DNA of 56,301 nt, the filler included, from Sluysia triapertura (lineage: Eukaryota): the NCBI GenBank assembly GCA_046118255.1. It is 4 parts of 4 records of this genome, joined end to end, with 100 filler letters (N's around TTAATTAATTAA, not from the genome) between each part and the next. Parts side by side here need not be neighbours in the genome. Positions count along the whole stretch, not along the records: positions 1 to 13,178 come from JBJNIA010054772.1; 3 more parts are not named here. One strand, written 5' to 3'. The notes under the pieces were generated by a model. The model was not told the DNA's origin. It made no database searches and saw nothing but the letters and a program-made list of their open reading frames with translations. Of this stretch, positions 1-11,670 are shown one piece after another. Within the stretch, counting starts at the first letter, position 1. Every line of letters begins with the position of its first letter. The position numbers and the translations under genes are program-made.

Positions 1-29
1 TTTAATTGTTAGGATCATTATAAATGTTT

Positions 30-480
30 TCTTTATCATGATTCTTATTTCAACAATGTTTATAATGTTCAATCCATTACTTGTACCAGTTTTTCCCTCA
101 TTTTATGATTTTATATCTGTTCATTCATCTCCAGATCCTCAGTTGGGCAATCCCAACAGATACAGTGATATATTTAGTGTTTGGAATTTCAATGTTAAGT
201 CTCAATCTTTATGCATAAGAAATTTTGTAAATTCTAAACAATTTGCCAAGAAAATATTAACTCGTGAAGAAAAATTACCCAAGATTGCCATAGCAACAAA
301 TTGTATATTAAATATTTCTTGTTTAGTGGCTTTAATTGTTTATTTACCTATGTTAGAAAGACTTTTGCTGTCAAATGAACAAATTATCAATGATTCGTTA
401 TGAAATAGTAACAATAGTTTATTTTCAATACTTCGAATGCCTTTATTTGTTGGTTTTTCATTAACTTTTATAACGTGCAT
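30..480 (-). mobile_element. Degenerate Ty3/gypsy-like gag fragment
   Basis: Minus-strand reading gives ...NIFLANCLEFTKFLMHKD*DLTLKFQTLNISLYLLGLPN, resembling the gag LIxLIxxGLP motif. It shares TTGGGCAATCCCA with ~15846, and the 35-100 stretch resembles 4850-4910 and 24320-24390. Confidence 0.4.
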
Positions 481-1482
481 ATTTGATGCTGCCGGTTATT
501 TGGAAATATATAAAAATTCAAATTTAACACGTATAACTTCATTTATAAGGTAGTTTTGACATTATAAATTATTAATGTAACATTTCTCATTGCAATTTAT
601 TTCTATTTTGTTATGTTTGCATGTAATGATGCAATAGTCCTTTATTTGATAAATAAGATAGTTAGTTGACACATTGTGAAAATTCCTATAATTTCTGTTC
701 TATAATTGGAGTAGCGTAACAGACAATACATTAGCAGAGGTTGTAAGTTCAGTTAGTAATAAAACTAAGGTAATTTTTTTATACCTATTGGATATTTTAT
801 GGAGTTCAATAATCATAGAGAATTATGAAGAACATTTAAAAATATCTGCCCAATGGGTGCGGTTAACAATAAAATATATGTGATCCACAATGTGTTAAGT
901 GTTACATATTTAAAGTAGAATAAAAACAGTATCATTAAAACTAAACAATTCAGAATGCTTTGTTTAGTATTTTTTATCTTTTCTAATCATTACATTCATA
1001 ATATTACTAATATATAAGTGGCATCATTTTCTAGAATATAATATTGTTAAACTTCTTTAGTCACACCAAGAATAATTGGTAAAATAATAACATTTACCAT
1101 ATTTTGTTTACTATTATTTAAAAGTAGATTAAAAATAAAAAATAATTATCCAGTAGTCAGTAGTTAAGATAAATTTCTGAGAAACTTACATACAAATTTG
1201 TCCATTATATTTGTTCATGTTACCACTGAAAAATTGTTTTGTTTCGTTATACAACTCACTCCAGAAATAACATGAAAGTAGCAATAACTCGTTTAAGCTA
1301 TTTTGTATAATCAAAGCAAAAGTAAAAGTTTCTTTATTGATAAATTGTGTTTTAAAGTTATTCGAGTGGATAATAATAATAATAATGACTGTAATTTTAA
1401 TGTTAATATTAATAATTATTATTAAGAATTGCTATTGTACAAATATCAGTTGTAATTTTGTTTATATATCACTATACTGTTA

Positions 1483-2350
1483 TGGTGACATGCACAAGAA
1501 AGTATAACCATGACAACAAATTCACAGATAGTAATAATAATGTTGCTTTTAGTATAAGAAATAATCAAATCCAATGCGACGTAATGAAGAAAACAATTTA
1601 TTTACCGAGTGATTCTTTATTGTTTAAGTATTGGGAATCATGGCTTGGAGTTAGAATTTCAATGATGATTTTAGTTTACATTGGTGCATCATTTATTGCA
1701 TATTTCATTATGGATATTCTTAAAATAATACTGAAAGTATTAGAAGTACAACTTTTTCGACCAAAATTTTTCCAACGTACTTTATGTTTTGGCTAGGATA
1801 CTACTACTATCCAGTACTTTCGGTATTTTTTGATACTTATAATTTTGATGAATTTTTATAATATTGGCATTACTGACTATCGAATCAGTAATTTACAGAG
1901 GGCAAACATAAGTAAAACGAGTTTTTATATTCTTCTACCCATGTCTTTTTTTTATTGGAAATGCAACTTCGATTTATCACAGTATTGCATTTGAATCATC
2001 AAATAATTGTTGGCCATTTATGCATCTAAACCATAATTTTGATTTCACTGCAGTAGATAATTATAGTATTTTGCAATTTATAAAAAATTATCGATATAGC
2101 AACTGGACATAATAATCTTTGGTATTTTATTATTCTAAACCTTTTGGCCGATTTTCATTTCGTGCTTATGGTTTATTTAAGATTCAAAAAGTTGTACTTC
2201 ATAAACTTAATATAGAAATAATATAATATAAGCAAATCAAAGATGTTTTGTATGGATATAAATTCAAATTAAACAAATTTGCAAATTCATTTTCATTTAA
2301 TCGTTCAAAAAATGATGTTATTGAAGAAATATTTGAACAGTTTCATTGAA
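1483..2350 (+). pseudogene. Disrupted membrane-protein gene, possibly cyclic-nucleotide-gated/KCNH-like channel
   Basis: IYLPSDSLLFKYWE followed by hydrophobic segments; later YKFKLNKFANSF..VIEEIFEQF resembles a C-linker. Many stops and frameshifts. Confidence 0.25.
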
Positions 2351-2554
2351 TAACTGCACAAATGTTATATGATTTTATTGAAATTGTTAAATTAAACTTT
2401 ATATTGTATTTTGATTATTTTTATCAAAACGAATCATCATCACTTTACATAATCAACGTGAAACTTACCGTAGTAAAAGAATTCGAAAAATTTCCTTTAA
2501 ATTAAACTGATAGTTTATTTACTGGACATAAATAAACAGAAATAGACTGGTAAG

Positions 2555-2642
2555 ATTTGTTGTTCCAAAACATGCAAATGCACTTCCCCTACAACATGAT
2601 TTATTTTCTTTTACCATTTTTATGTTTTTATGTTTGAATTAA
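2555..2642 (+). pseudogene. C-terminal remnant of a Ly6/CD59-like GPI-anchored protein
   Basis: ICCSKTC then, after a frameshift, NALPLQHDLFSFTIFMFLCLN*, i.e. a CCxxxxCN-like end plus hydrophobic tail. Confidence 0.3.
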
Positions 2643-2744
2643 TTTTATTAAGCCTTTCCATTTTTACAATGAATGCATAATAATTAAGTCACATAGAATG
2701 CAGATAATAAATAATTTAAAAAATCAATTTTGTATTTTGGTAAC

Positions 2745-3038
2745 ATGGTAAAAACAACAAATGCTGCTTATCTAACATTTATTGCTTTATGTATACAGTG
2801 TAACATGCCTCCCAAATGCTTCTTATGTAAAAATTGCAATGAACCATCTAAACCAGGCAATGTCACTACCGTCTCTAATTGTACCAACTGTTGGAAGTTG
2901 GCCATTGAATCTCGCATTGATATAATTTGTTCTAATGTAAAATGTTCTCATCTCATCACTTGGAGAGTATTTTACTGTCAAATGTTCAAAAAATTTAGGA
3001 AATATGAAGCTTTTGAATGCAGATATGTTTTTAACTGA
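2745..3038 (+). CDS. Small secreted Cys-rich Ly6/uPAR (CD59-like three-finger) protein, probably decaying at the C-terminus
   Basis: Signal-like MVKTTNAAYLTFIALCIQC then KCFLCKNCNEP..VTTVSNCTNCWK, a cysteine spacing like flatworm CD59-like proteins. TEDY lies just past the stop in another frame (possible remnant of CCxxDxCN). Confidence 0.5.
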   Translation: MVKTTNAAYLTFIALCIQCNMPPKCFLCKNCNEPSKPGNVTTVSNCTNCWKLAIESRIDIICSNVKCSHLITWRVFYCQMFKKFRKYEAFECRYVFN

Positions 3039-3799
3039 AGATTACATTCTTAATTATAACTATAGTGATGTAAATGTTTTGTGTTTTTTGTTGTATTTTA
3101 TTATATTAATAAGAAATTAAGTTTCGTCGTTTTTATTAAATTGTTATTTTTTAAAGACTTTAAGCCTAATTTATTAGTTAAAAAAGTATTACAGTTTTGA
3201 AATTAATTGTTAGTTTAAAAATTGGATAAATTGGATAAAAATAATTTTTATTTATTAATTGCAAAGCTTTCCAAGCGCCCCACAAGACATTTAAAACAAG
3301 CAATTCTGATCTATTTTCAGAATTAAAAGTAATTAACAATACTAGTCAAAAATTCGAAGACAACCAAAACAACTATTGATTATCAATAATTCAAAATAAA
3401 AAGAATTAAGGAAATAATTAACACAAATAGAATAATAACCAAGCAACACAAAAATTAAATTACTTTGCAAAAAATAATGTGAAAATTTTATAAATAAATA
3501 AAAGGGTGACTTCCCCGAAAACAACTATAAAATTTTATTGCGACTTCAAGAATTATTATTGAAAATCTCAACATTTAATTAGACTTCAACCTCAATATAT
3601 TTTTCACTATAAATAAAACAAAATACAATTTACTAATTAAACTCTTCTAAATAAAAGACATTAACTACAAATCAATTTTACTCGTCAATTAATCAAGAAA
3701 CAAAATGTTTAGAACAACTGTAAATTAAAGAGGAAGTTTCCCCAAAACCTATTTACTTAAAATCAAAATAATTCAATAATAAAATAAAATAAATTCAGT

Positions 3800-4400
3800 C
3801 TTGCAACTTGTTCTTCAGTAAAGCTTTTAGGTATTCTTTTTATACTTTCCCATCATCCAATCATTACTGAGTTTTTTAATCAAACATGTTCCCACACAAA
3901 TCATCGCATTATTCTTTGAGAATTATAACTTTGACAGTTACATGGTATGGTTTCAAAATTTATTAGATTCAAAATACACAAGTTGATTTATGATCATCTA
4001 TTATTTTCTTCTACTGTATTCCACCTATTTTTACATAAATTACTTCTCATATTAAAATAACATTCATTAGTATTGTCAACATGTAAAAATAATTTAACTT
4101 TAGTTTTGACTTTCGGTTTTTAATGAAAAATATTTACGATTCTTATTATCAAACAAACTACGATACAGACACTTCTGGATTATCCTCTTTCATAGCAATC
4201 ATCTTATATTCAATTCATTATATTTTCGTCATTCTAAGAATTAAAAATTAATAAAAATTTGACTTTGCTTAATATTAAGGATTTACTTGCATGAACTTGG
4301 TCAATCCATGCCTTCATCGAAAGGTCATTATAAACCAAATTCATACACAGTTTCAACTTTAGCATGGCATTCCATTTTCAAACGTTATTCACAAAAACGT
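3800..4400 (-). mobile_element. Degenerate gag-like relic
   Basis: 3830-3905 is clearly homologous to 15709-15783 (tattcttttt..actttc..tccaat..ctgagtttt..aatcaaacat..cacacaaatcat). The minus strand has FENxCHAK and MKAWIDQV fragments. Confidence 0.4.
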
Positions 4401-5602
4401 ACTTTTTCTTAATTAAGTTAATTAAGATTTTAATTAATTAATCTATTTTTATATTTAAATTTACTTTATGTTTAAAGGTTTTATTAAGGTTGTAAATATT
4501 ATTTAGTATTTCATAAGACACTCAGGGGGCTCTAGATGTTTTCACCTTCATCACTCAGATTCTTTTTTTCCTTCTTTACTTTAATTATTATATCAAATTT
4601 ATCTTTAATATTAGTAACAAGGATTTTACTTCTCCAATGTTTTAAAGATTACTCAAAGATCTTAATCGCTACTCAGGTCAATAAGGTCCTAAACGATCTC
4701 AAGGTTCAGAAGTTCAAGGGTACCTTAATGCTTCTGAAGGTTTTTCAAACCAATCTCAAGATTCCACAATGTCTCAACACCTTATGAAGGTCTTTGGAAC
4801 TCCAAGGTATTCTTAAACTGTTAATATTATCAAAAATGCTTTCATCCTCTTCATTCTTACTCCAACAATGTTTATAATGTTCTATCCATCACTTTTTATC
4901 AATTATTTCTTTAATATGTCTGTTAATGTATGCAATCAAATTGTAACTATAATTAAAACACCCTATTAATTTGTACGATTTATAAATAGATTCATTTATT
5001 GATTAATTTGTAATATTAGTTTAAAAATTTATGTTTAATCTAAATATTATTTAAATATTAGTTTAAAAAGTTTTAAAAGTTTTGGAAATTTAAAAGTTTT
5101 TAATATGGAATTTTAAATTCGAATTTCTAAAATAAGTAAATATTTAATTAGTTTCTAATAAATAAAATATTTTTAGGGAATACTTATTATTTTTATTTAA
5201 ATTATTATTGTTTAAAATTACTGGTAACCTTCAAGGTCACCTTTTTAATATTTAAACTACAAAATTCTCACAATATTTACACACGCTCAAAATTTCAATA
5301 TATTTTTTATTCGTAAAAATCTTCAAGATTCAAATCCTTTCCAAGCTATCTGATTCATTCTATCTCCTCAAAAAAGAAAGACACTCACATTAGATTCCAG
5401 AAACTTGTCGTTAGTTTAATTTCATTGAGGCCGTTTTTGCAATTTTTAATATTGCACATTTATAATTTTATTTACTTAATATGTTTTAAATCTTTAAAGC
5501 TACCATTTAACTAAGAAGCTTATTAAAATACTTTATTAAAATATATTACTATAAGATGATCTGAAAGTTATTATAAAATAATATTTCAATTAATTCATTT
5601 AA

Positions 5603-5793
5603 AGGTTCATTTTAGAACCTCATTAAAATCTACGTTGTTAAAATTCATTTTTGAGGTTCAGTTCAGAACCTGATTAAAATCTTATTAACAATTAAAATTA
5701 AGATTCAACCAAAATCCTTATTTAAATTTTGGTTCGTTTTTAAGAACCACATTAAAATATTTACTAAATTTTTTGGTTCACTTTTAAGAACCA
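5603..5793 (-). repeat. Array of four hairpins (A/T)GGTTC-loop-GAACC(T/A)
   Basis: Copies at 5603-5620, 5654-5671, 5730-5749 and 5774-5793, each followed by attaaaat. The closing pair switches between A-T and T-A. Confidence 0.85.
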
Positions 5794-5898
5794 TATTAAA
5801 ATCCACGTTGATTAAAATATCCATCATTTATTTAAGTCTATTTTTAGTTGAAATAAAAGAACCTCCACAAATATTAAGTTTTTCTAAATCTCAAAAAC

Positions 5899-5964
5899 TC
5901 CAACGGCTAGTCCTAACCGGTAAGACTAGTACGTTGATGAACTTACATTCATTTAACTTTATTC
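5899..5964 (-). other. Conserved structured retroelement-leader module, copy 1
   Basis: Minus strand: AATAAA..GTAAGTTCATCAACGTA CTAGTCTTA CCGGT TAGGACTAG CCGTTGGA. Homologous to 23284 and 47420. Confidence 0.8.
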
Positions 5965-7773
5965 GCAAAACTAGGATAAGAAAAAACTCTAGTATGTCTC
6001 TTACTTATCTCCTGATCCACAATTGCACAATCCTAATAAATTGAAAGTCGATGGAAATTATCGTCGAAATTGGTTGCCTATAAACAACTCGAAAAATAAG
6101 TGATTACAAAAGATAAGTTTTAATCTTATCTTATTATAAACGATAGAAGTTTTGTCAAATATTTAGAAGACATAAGTAACAAAAAGGTTAGAATAAAGAC
6201 TAGGAAAGCTACTTCAATATATTTGTGGTAAACATTGTGAGTGAAGCCTCATCTTTAATAACAGATCAAATTCTAAAGTGATATTTTGCTTTAGTTTGTT
6301 GGTTTGTTTTTTATTATATTTATTTTGTTAAATACGGTAATTAACATTTTATAAGTCACCTCTGGCTTTTTAGTATTAAATTTTGTTATTTGATTGCACA
6401 AAAGACATTAACTTATTACTGAAAATATTAAGAGTATATTGTGATTAAAGCATAATTAATAATTTGATTTTTCTTTTGTGATAATATATCGATATTTCAG
6501 ACCAATTTAATTACTGAATAATTTATAATTTTAAATACAGGCACAACAAATTAAATATTTATTTGAAATGTTACAAAGCCTATTAGAAAAATAATGAGGA
6601 AATCACTAGAAAAGCAATAATAATAATACTAGAGCAATGTTAAAGTATTACTTTGACATTTCAAGTGCGTGTCATCGGAGAACCTCGAAAGATTGGAAAT
6701 ATAAATACCAGTTACAACTGGACATTTCAAGCGCACATATTAGATGTAACTTAGAAAACCCCGAAATCCTTGAATATATAATCTGATTCGATTACTGTTA
6801 AAATCCTGTATGAAGGTTTCCAATGAAGATATACATCTTTTTCTTTGTAAAGTTTATTTACTACATAATAATCATTTTTATAAAAATTATATTACGAATA
6901 ACTTAAATAGCAACACATTGATTTTAAACATTTTTGTATAGTTTTATTTGTACAAATATTGAACTTTTGAATATTATGTATTTTGACTTAATTGTGTCTT
7001 TGTCTTAAATTTGTTGATTAATAAATAGTTACGTTTGTAAAATTTTATTTTGTCCTAAATTTGTTAATTGATAATCACATTATAATATTTCATTGTTACT
7101 CTTAACGAAATATGTAGTTATAATTTTTCTTTACGGTAACAAAGAAAATAATAAAATCAAATAGATCATTTTAGATCTTAAAAAATCTGACGATTAATAA
7201 TTTAACATGTTTGGAATTAAATGCTAAATATATATGTTATGTATAAATGTATTATATAAATTTTTTAATTAATTATTGTTTTTATACTAAAATAAACACA
7301 ATTTAAAATTAATATTAAAAAATTAAAATTTTAAATAAATGGAATTTAAATTAAATAATAATTAATAATAAAATTAAAAAATAATATTAAAATTTTTAAA
7401 AGAAAATAAGTAAAATTAAATTAAATAATTTTAGAAATTATCAATTTATATTATAATTTAATAAATTTCAAAATAATTAATTGTTTTATTTCAATCTTTA
7501 TTTGGAAACCATTTTATTAAAATTTATTCATTTGGAATCATTTTTAAAAAAGTGCTTATAAATAAGTAAGTTTGATACAAAATTTCTGACAAAATGTTAG
7601 GAGAATTTGATATTTAGATAATCAAAAGTTTTATCAAAAATTTTAGAAGAGAAGATTTTTATGTCAAATTCAAATTCAATGAAGCACAAGGAATTTATTA
7701 TTTCATAAGTTTTAAATAGTTTCACTTTAAGAAAGGAAACTTAAATTATACTTAAATTCATTTTTATTTTAGT

Positions 7774-8118
7774 GCGACACCTTAATACGGTTTTCGTAAC
7801 TAATTTTTAAAATCTCGAGGTTTTCATTAAACTAATTATTTATATTATAATTTAACCTTTGTATTTTACGTTTTGCTTATTAGACCTTAGGTTTTATTTA
7901 CTGACTTATTATTGTATAAGTGTTAAAATCTTCTAAAATAATATTTTCTGAAACAACACCTTAACACAGGTTGCGTAATTTCTAAAGTCTAATAACATTT
8001 TTAAAGCAACAGTTTAATGCGGGTTGCGTCATTTGAATTTATTTTGAAAAGCAACACCTTAATACTGGTTGCGTAAATATAAATTTATATTTTAATAAAC
8101 ACCTAGAAAAGGGTTGTA
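7774..8118 (+). repeat. Array of five bulged-A hairpins GCAAC-A-CC-TTAAyAC-(G)G-GTTGC
   Basis: Copies at about 7774, 7953, 8006, 8051 and 8095; the last four are spaced about 45-53 nt apart. Confidence 0.85.
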
Positions 8119-8473
8119 ATATAATTTAATATTTATAAGTGATTATTATTTTGTCAAACACATAGTAATGTGTAAGTTAATTTTTAAGTTAAGTATAATT
8201 TATAAAAATCCTAATAGCACATCTCCAACAGTGATACAAACCGTGTATATTAGGCGAACCGACTCATCAGATATTTTGTAAGTAGGTTAAGTTCTTCATA
8301 AAGACCATTGCAAACATATTACCTCTAATTTTTCCATATCTATTATTTTCGACGCTGACATCTACGCACTGGCCTTGAGTGCGTAAGCCCAGTGTCAGAG
8401 AAGAATCACTTAAAATATATTAACATAAAATATATTTTTAAACAAAAATCCTCACAAAAGTCAAATTTTAATT

Positions 8474-8620
8474 ATGGAATGTTCAATGTTTAATACTTCG
8501 AGTGATACAAATGTGATGAATTGAATATGAGATGATTTCTATGAAAGAGGAGAATCTATAAATGAGTTCGAAATGCTTGTAGAATGGTTCGTTTGAGAAT
8601 AAGAACCTTAAAACTTTTTT
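8474..8620 (+). mobile_element. Possible gag N-terminal relic downstream of the hairpin array
   Basis: MECSMFNTSSDTNVMN*I*DDFYERG..LVEWF loosely resembles gag F-x-G..W-I-xx-F..W-Y/F motifs; interrupted by stops. Confidence 0.3.
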
Positions 8621-8743
8621 CATTAGAAAATTTGGTGCGAAAAATCGAAAATCAATTAAATTCTAAAAAGTGAAATTAAATTCATTATTTTTATGCATGT
8701 TAACAATATTGTTGATTTTTACTTTAATGTGAGAAATAATTTA

Positions 8744-9085
8744 CCCTATTTTCCGGACTATAAGCCGCACCCAAAAACTTTAAAATGTTCATAATTTAGG
8801 GGTTGCGGCTTGTACGTTGATGTTTAAAATCCTCAAAATTTCCTGACTCTAATAAATATAAAACAGGTTACATTTATACTTATTTATTGATATGTTAAAG
8901 TGTTCTTTTTAATATATCATTACTGCTTAACTTAATTTAATTTGGGGAATATTATATTCCGCAGAGTCACAAGTAGAGAATTTCTAAGTAGATTTATTTA
9001 ATACAGGGACCAGCATCTTAGCTTTTGCATTTTAATGGTGCGGCTTATACGTCAGTTACATTTACTTATAGTCCGGAAAATACGG
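8744..9085. mobile_element. pogo/Tc2-type MITE (342 bp)
   Basis: TIRs CC(C/G)TATTTTCCGGACTATAAG ... CTTATAGTCCGGAAAATACGG, TA on both sides, internal GCGGCTT repeats. Confidence 0.9.
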
Positions 9086-9326
9086 TAAGTAAAAATAGAT
9101 TGAGTAGAGTAAAAGAAAATGATGGTTGATAATAAATCAAATTTTTGTGTTTCCTACATAATGAAGTTTGATAGACCGTACCATATTATTATTGTGGGTT
9201 TAATTCTCAAAGAAGTTTTGATGATTTGTGAGTGTTTGATTGTTAGACTTGGGATTGATTGAATAATGAAAGCGCATAAAATGAAAAATTTTAAAATTTT
9301 ACAACACAATCACACAAATTCACAGG

Positions 9327-9875
9327 TGTGGTGGCCAACCTGTAGATGTTACAAATTTTATTCTACCATCACACGAAACTACATTCATCTTCAGATTCTA
9401 CAACGTCATTTTAAAAAAATTCATAAAAAACATTTTACTTGTAACGACAATCACATTGGTTAACATTCAAACCATAAAAACATTCAAAACCATTAATACA
9501 CATTAGATGTTACTCAATACATTTCAAGTCACAATCTTTTAACATCCAAACATTACTTTTAGTCAAAAACATCAAAGTATATTTAAAAATTCTTTTAAAA
9601 CATATTATCTATCATCTTATAACATTAAAATTACATTCAAACTCAGACCATCAATGCATATTAAAACCCAGTTAAAACATTCCATGCATTATTTCACACC
9701 TTCAAAAATAATGTAAAACACCTCAAATTCATAGTCTAACCACATCCGAGTCAATGCACTTCCAGAAGTAACAACTTATAATTAAAAAGTTCATAAAAAC
9801 ATTTTATTCACAATTCATAACCTTAGAAACACAAAACACTTTGTGAAGGTAACCTAAAACTCTAAAAGTTCACAA
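9327..9875 (+). mobile_element. LTR-like interspersed repeat beginning TGTGGTGGCCAA (A/C-rich strand); right boundary approximate
   Basis: Same start at 31824 and 39372, degenerate at 51278(-). 9631-9700 aligns with 31981-32044. Confidence 0.6.
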
Positions 9876-9989
9876 TTCTTTAAAACTTATCTATTCCAAT
9901 AACTTCAAATATGTTTAGAAATAAATGTAAAATGACGTAAAGATCTTGTTTTACTAGAATTTTCAAGAGATCTATGTATTTTATAATAA

Positions 9990-10200
9990 TCACCATTTTT
10001 AATTTTACATTATTTAATTTGGTAGCTACCACTATCAATGGTGACATTATTAATTCATATGTACAGCTTATTGTCACTATTGATAGTGGTTGAGTTTACA
10101 GCCCATCACATGTAGTACATATCATTTATTGAACATTTTGTTGACTGCCCAATCAAAATTATTAACGTCATTTGTTCCTCATGTTTGATTTGAGAGCCAT
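9990..10200 (-). pseudogene. Immunoglobulin-like domain remnant
   Basis: WAVNSTTINSDNKLYI*INNVTIDSGSYQ resembles the I-set W..L.I.NV..DSGxYxC pattern; contains stops. Confidence 0.35.
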
Positions 10201-10465
10201 TTACAATAGACTTTGTATGAATTAAAAATCATTAATTGACTAACGTACTTATGGGCATAAAAAATCGATTGTTACAATAACAAAATTTACTGTACTGATC
10301 TAAAGTTAAAAAATTTAATATGAGTAAACATTTCTAAACGAATTAAATTGTCTGCAAATTATCCTGAATGAAATAAGCGATTTAGAATTTTCCTCATTAC
10401 AAGTTATTAATTATTCAAAAACTTTTTCTACAAAGCTTAAAGTAGAAAAAGAAAAGTTAACTCAA

Positions 10466-11670
10466 GTGTTTTTAGTACAATATGTTTCTTTTAGTGTATT
10501 AAAAATGTTACTGTTTACTATTACTGATGTTTATAGATTGCGTAGTTTGTATAAAGAAAAATGTAAAACTGATGGAAAAGAAGTTACCAATGAATTTCAG
10601 AATCCATTCAAATTAACTCATGAGTTACAACGATTTATTTTAGAATATCTCACAAAAGCTAATTCAACATATTTTGATATTCTTGAACAATTCTTACCAA
10701 ACTTGTGCGTAGTATCATCAATATCATTAATGCGGAGAAGATATTTATTAAGTTAATGATCTCACTTTCGATATGTTTGAAACATCACTCGGACCTTAGT
10801 CATTCTATAAATTTTAATAAAGTAGTAAACAATGTCAATACTGCAATGAACAATGTCTATTCGTATTTCATTAATGTAGATACTAAAGTTACCTGAAAAA
10901 CAAATAAAGATATGCACGACAGTTATAGTATGCTTGTTAGGAATAGAAAAAGTAATAAGGAATTATTTAGTATCTTCTGTAATTCAAAAAAGGATCCTTT
11001 TGTTTGTCAAGTCAACGTATATGATGATGCATCGAATTTCATGTTTCTAAAGCCATCACTGACAATTTCCAATTGCCATAATGACTACGAACAATCTGCT
11101 ACAATTAATCTGCTATAATTAAACAAAAACATTAATCAAACATGAGTTTCACTGGATATTACAAGATTACAATTAATTCAAGATTTGGTCACAGAACGAG
11201 GATTTCAAGTTGGCTTTAATGTTAGTCAAAACAGCATGCTTAGTGAATGAACACACAATAGTAACTTCCAAAATTGATTGTCAATATCCAAGAATGTCGT
11301 GCATAAACAAAGAATTTGAGAAATCTTCTTTATATCTGTAAAAATGACGACAGTTCCACTACATATTTTCGCTCCTATCTCGATTATATGTCCAGAGAAA
11401 TTAGTTATAGAAATATCTAGATGCCGGAATGATGATTCTAGTGAAGAAGAGAACTGTCAAGTTACGAACTCCTTGGTAAAATTTGTGGTAGTTACAGAGT
11501 ACATTCTCTACAAAAACTGTTCAAAATTTATTATTAATTTTAATTATACTTCTAATATTATTGTTAACACTGATACCCAATTATATTCTTTAGTTTTTTT
11601 TAGAATGTTCCAAAACTGAAGTCGAAACATACTTGGAAAAACATTGTTAAAAACGAATTTTAAACATAAA
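10466..11670 (+). pseudogene. Fragmented coding region of unknown product
   Basis: Consecutive same-strand protein-like ORF pieces (10466, 10705, 10912, 11344) broken by frameshifts and stops; family not recognised. Confidence 0.4.

Noticed and set aside
5899-5950. Spliced-leader RNA reading of the module on the plus strand (hairpin with GGTAAG)
   Set aside because: G-U wobbles favour the minus strand and no clear Sm site follows; not fully excluded.
7774-8118. CRISPR array interpretation of the hairpin repeats (also 5603 and 22153)
   Set aside because: Eukaryotic context, no cas genes, degenerate repeats, irregular low-complexity spacers.
8240-8275. Hammerhead-ribozyme-like CTGATGAGTCGGTTCGCC on the minus strand
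   Set aside because: The required GAAA core and stems I and III are missing; at most a dead relic.
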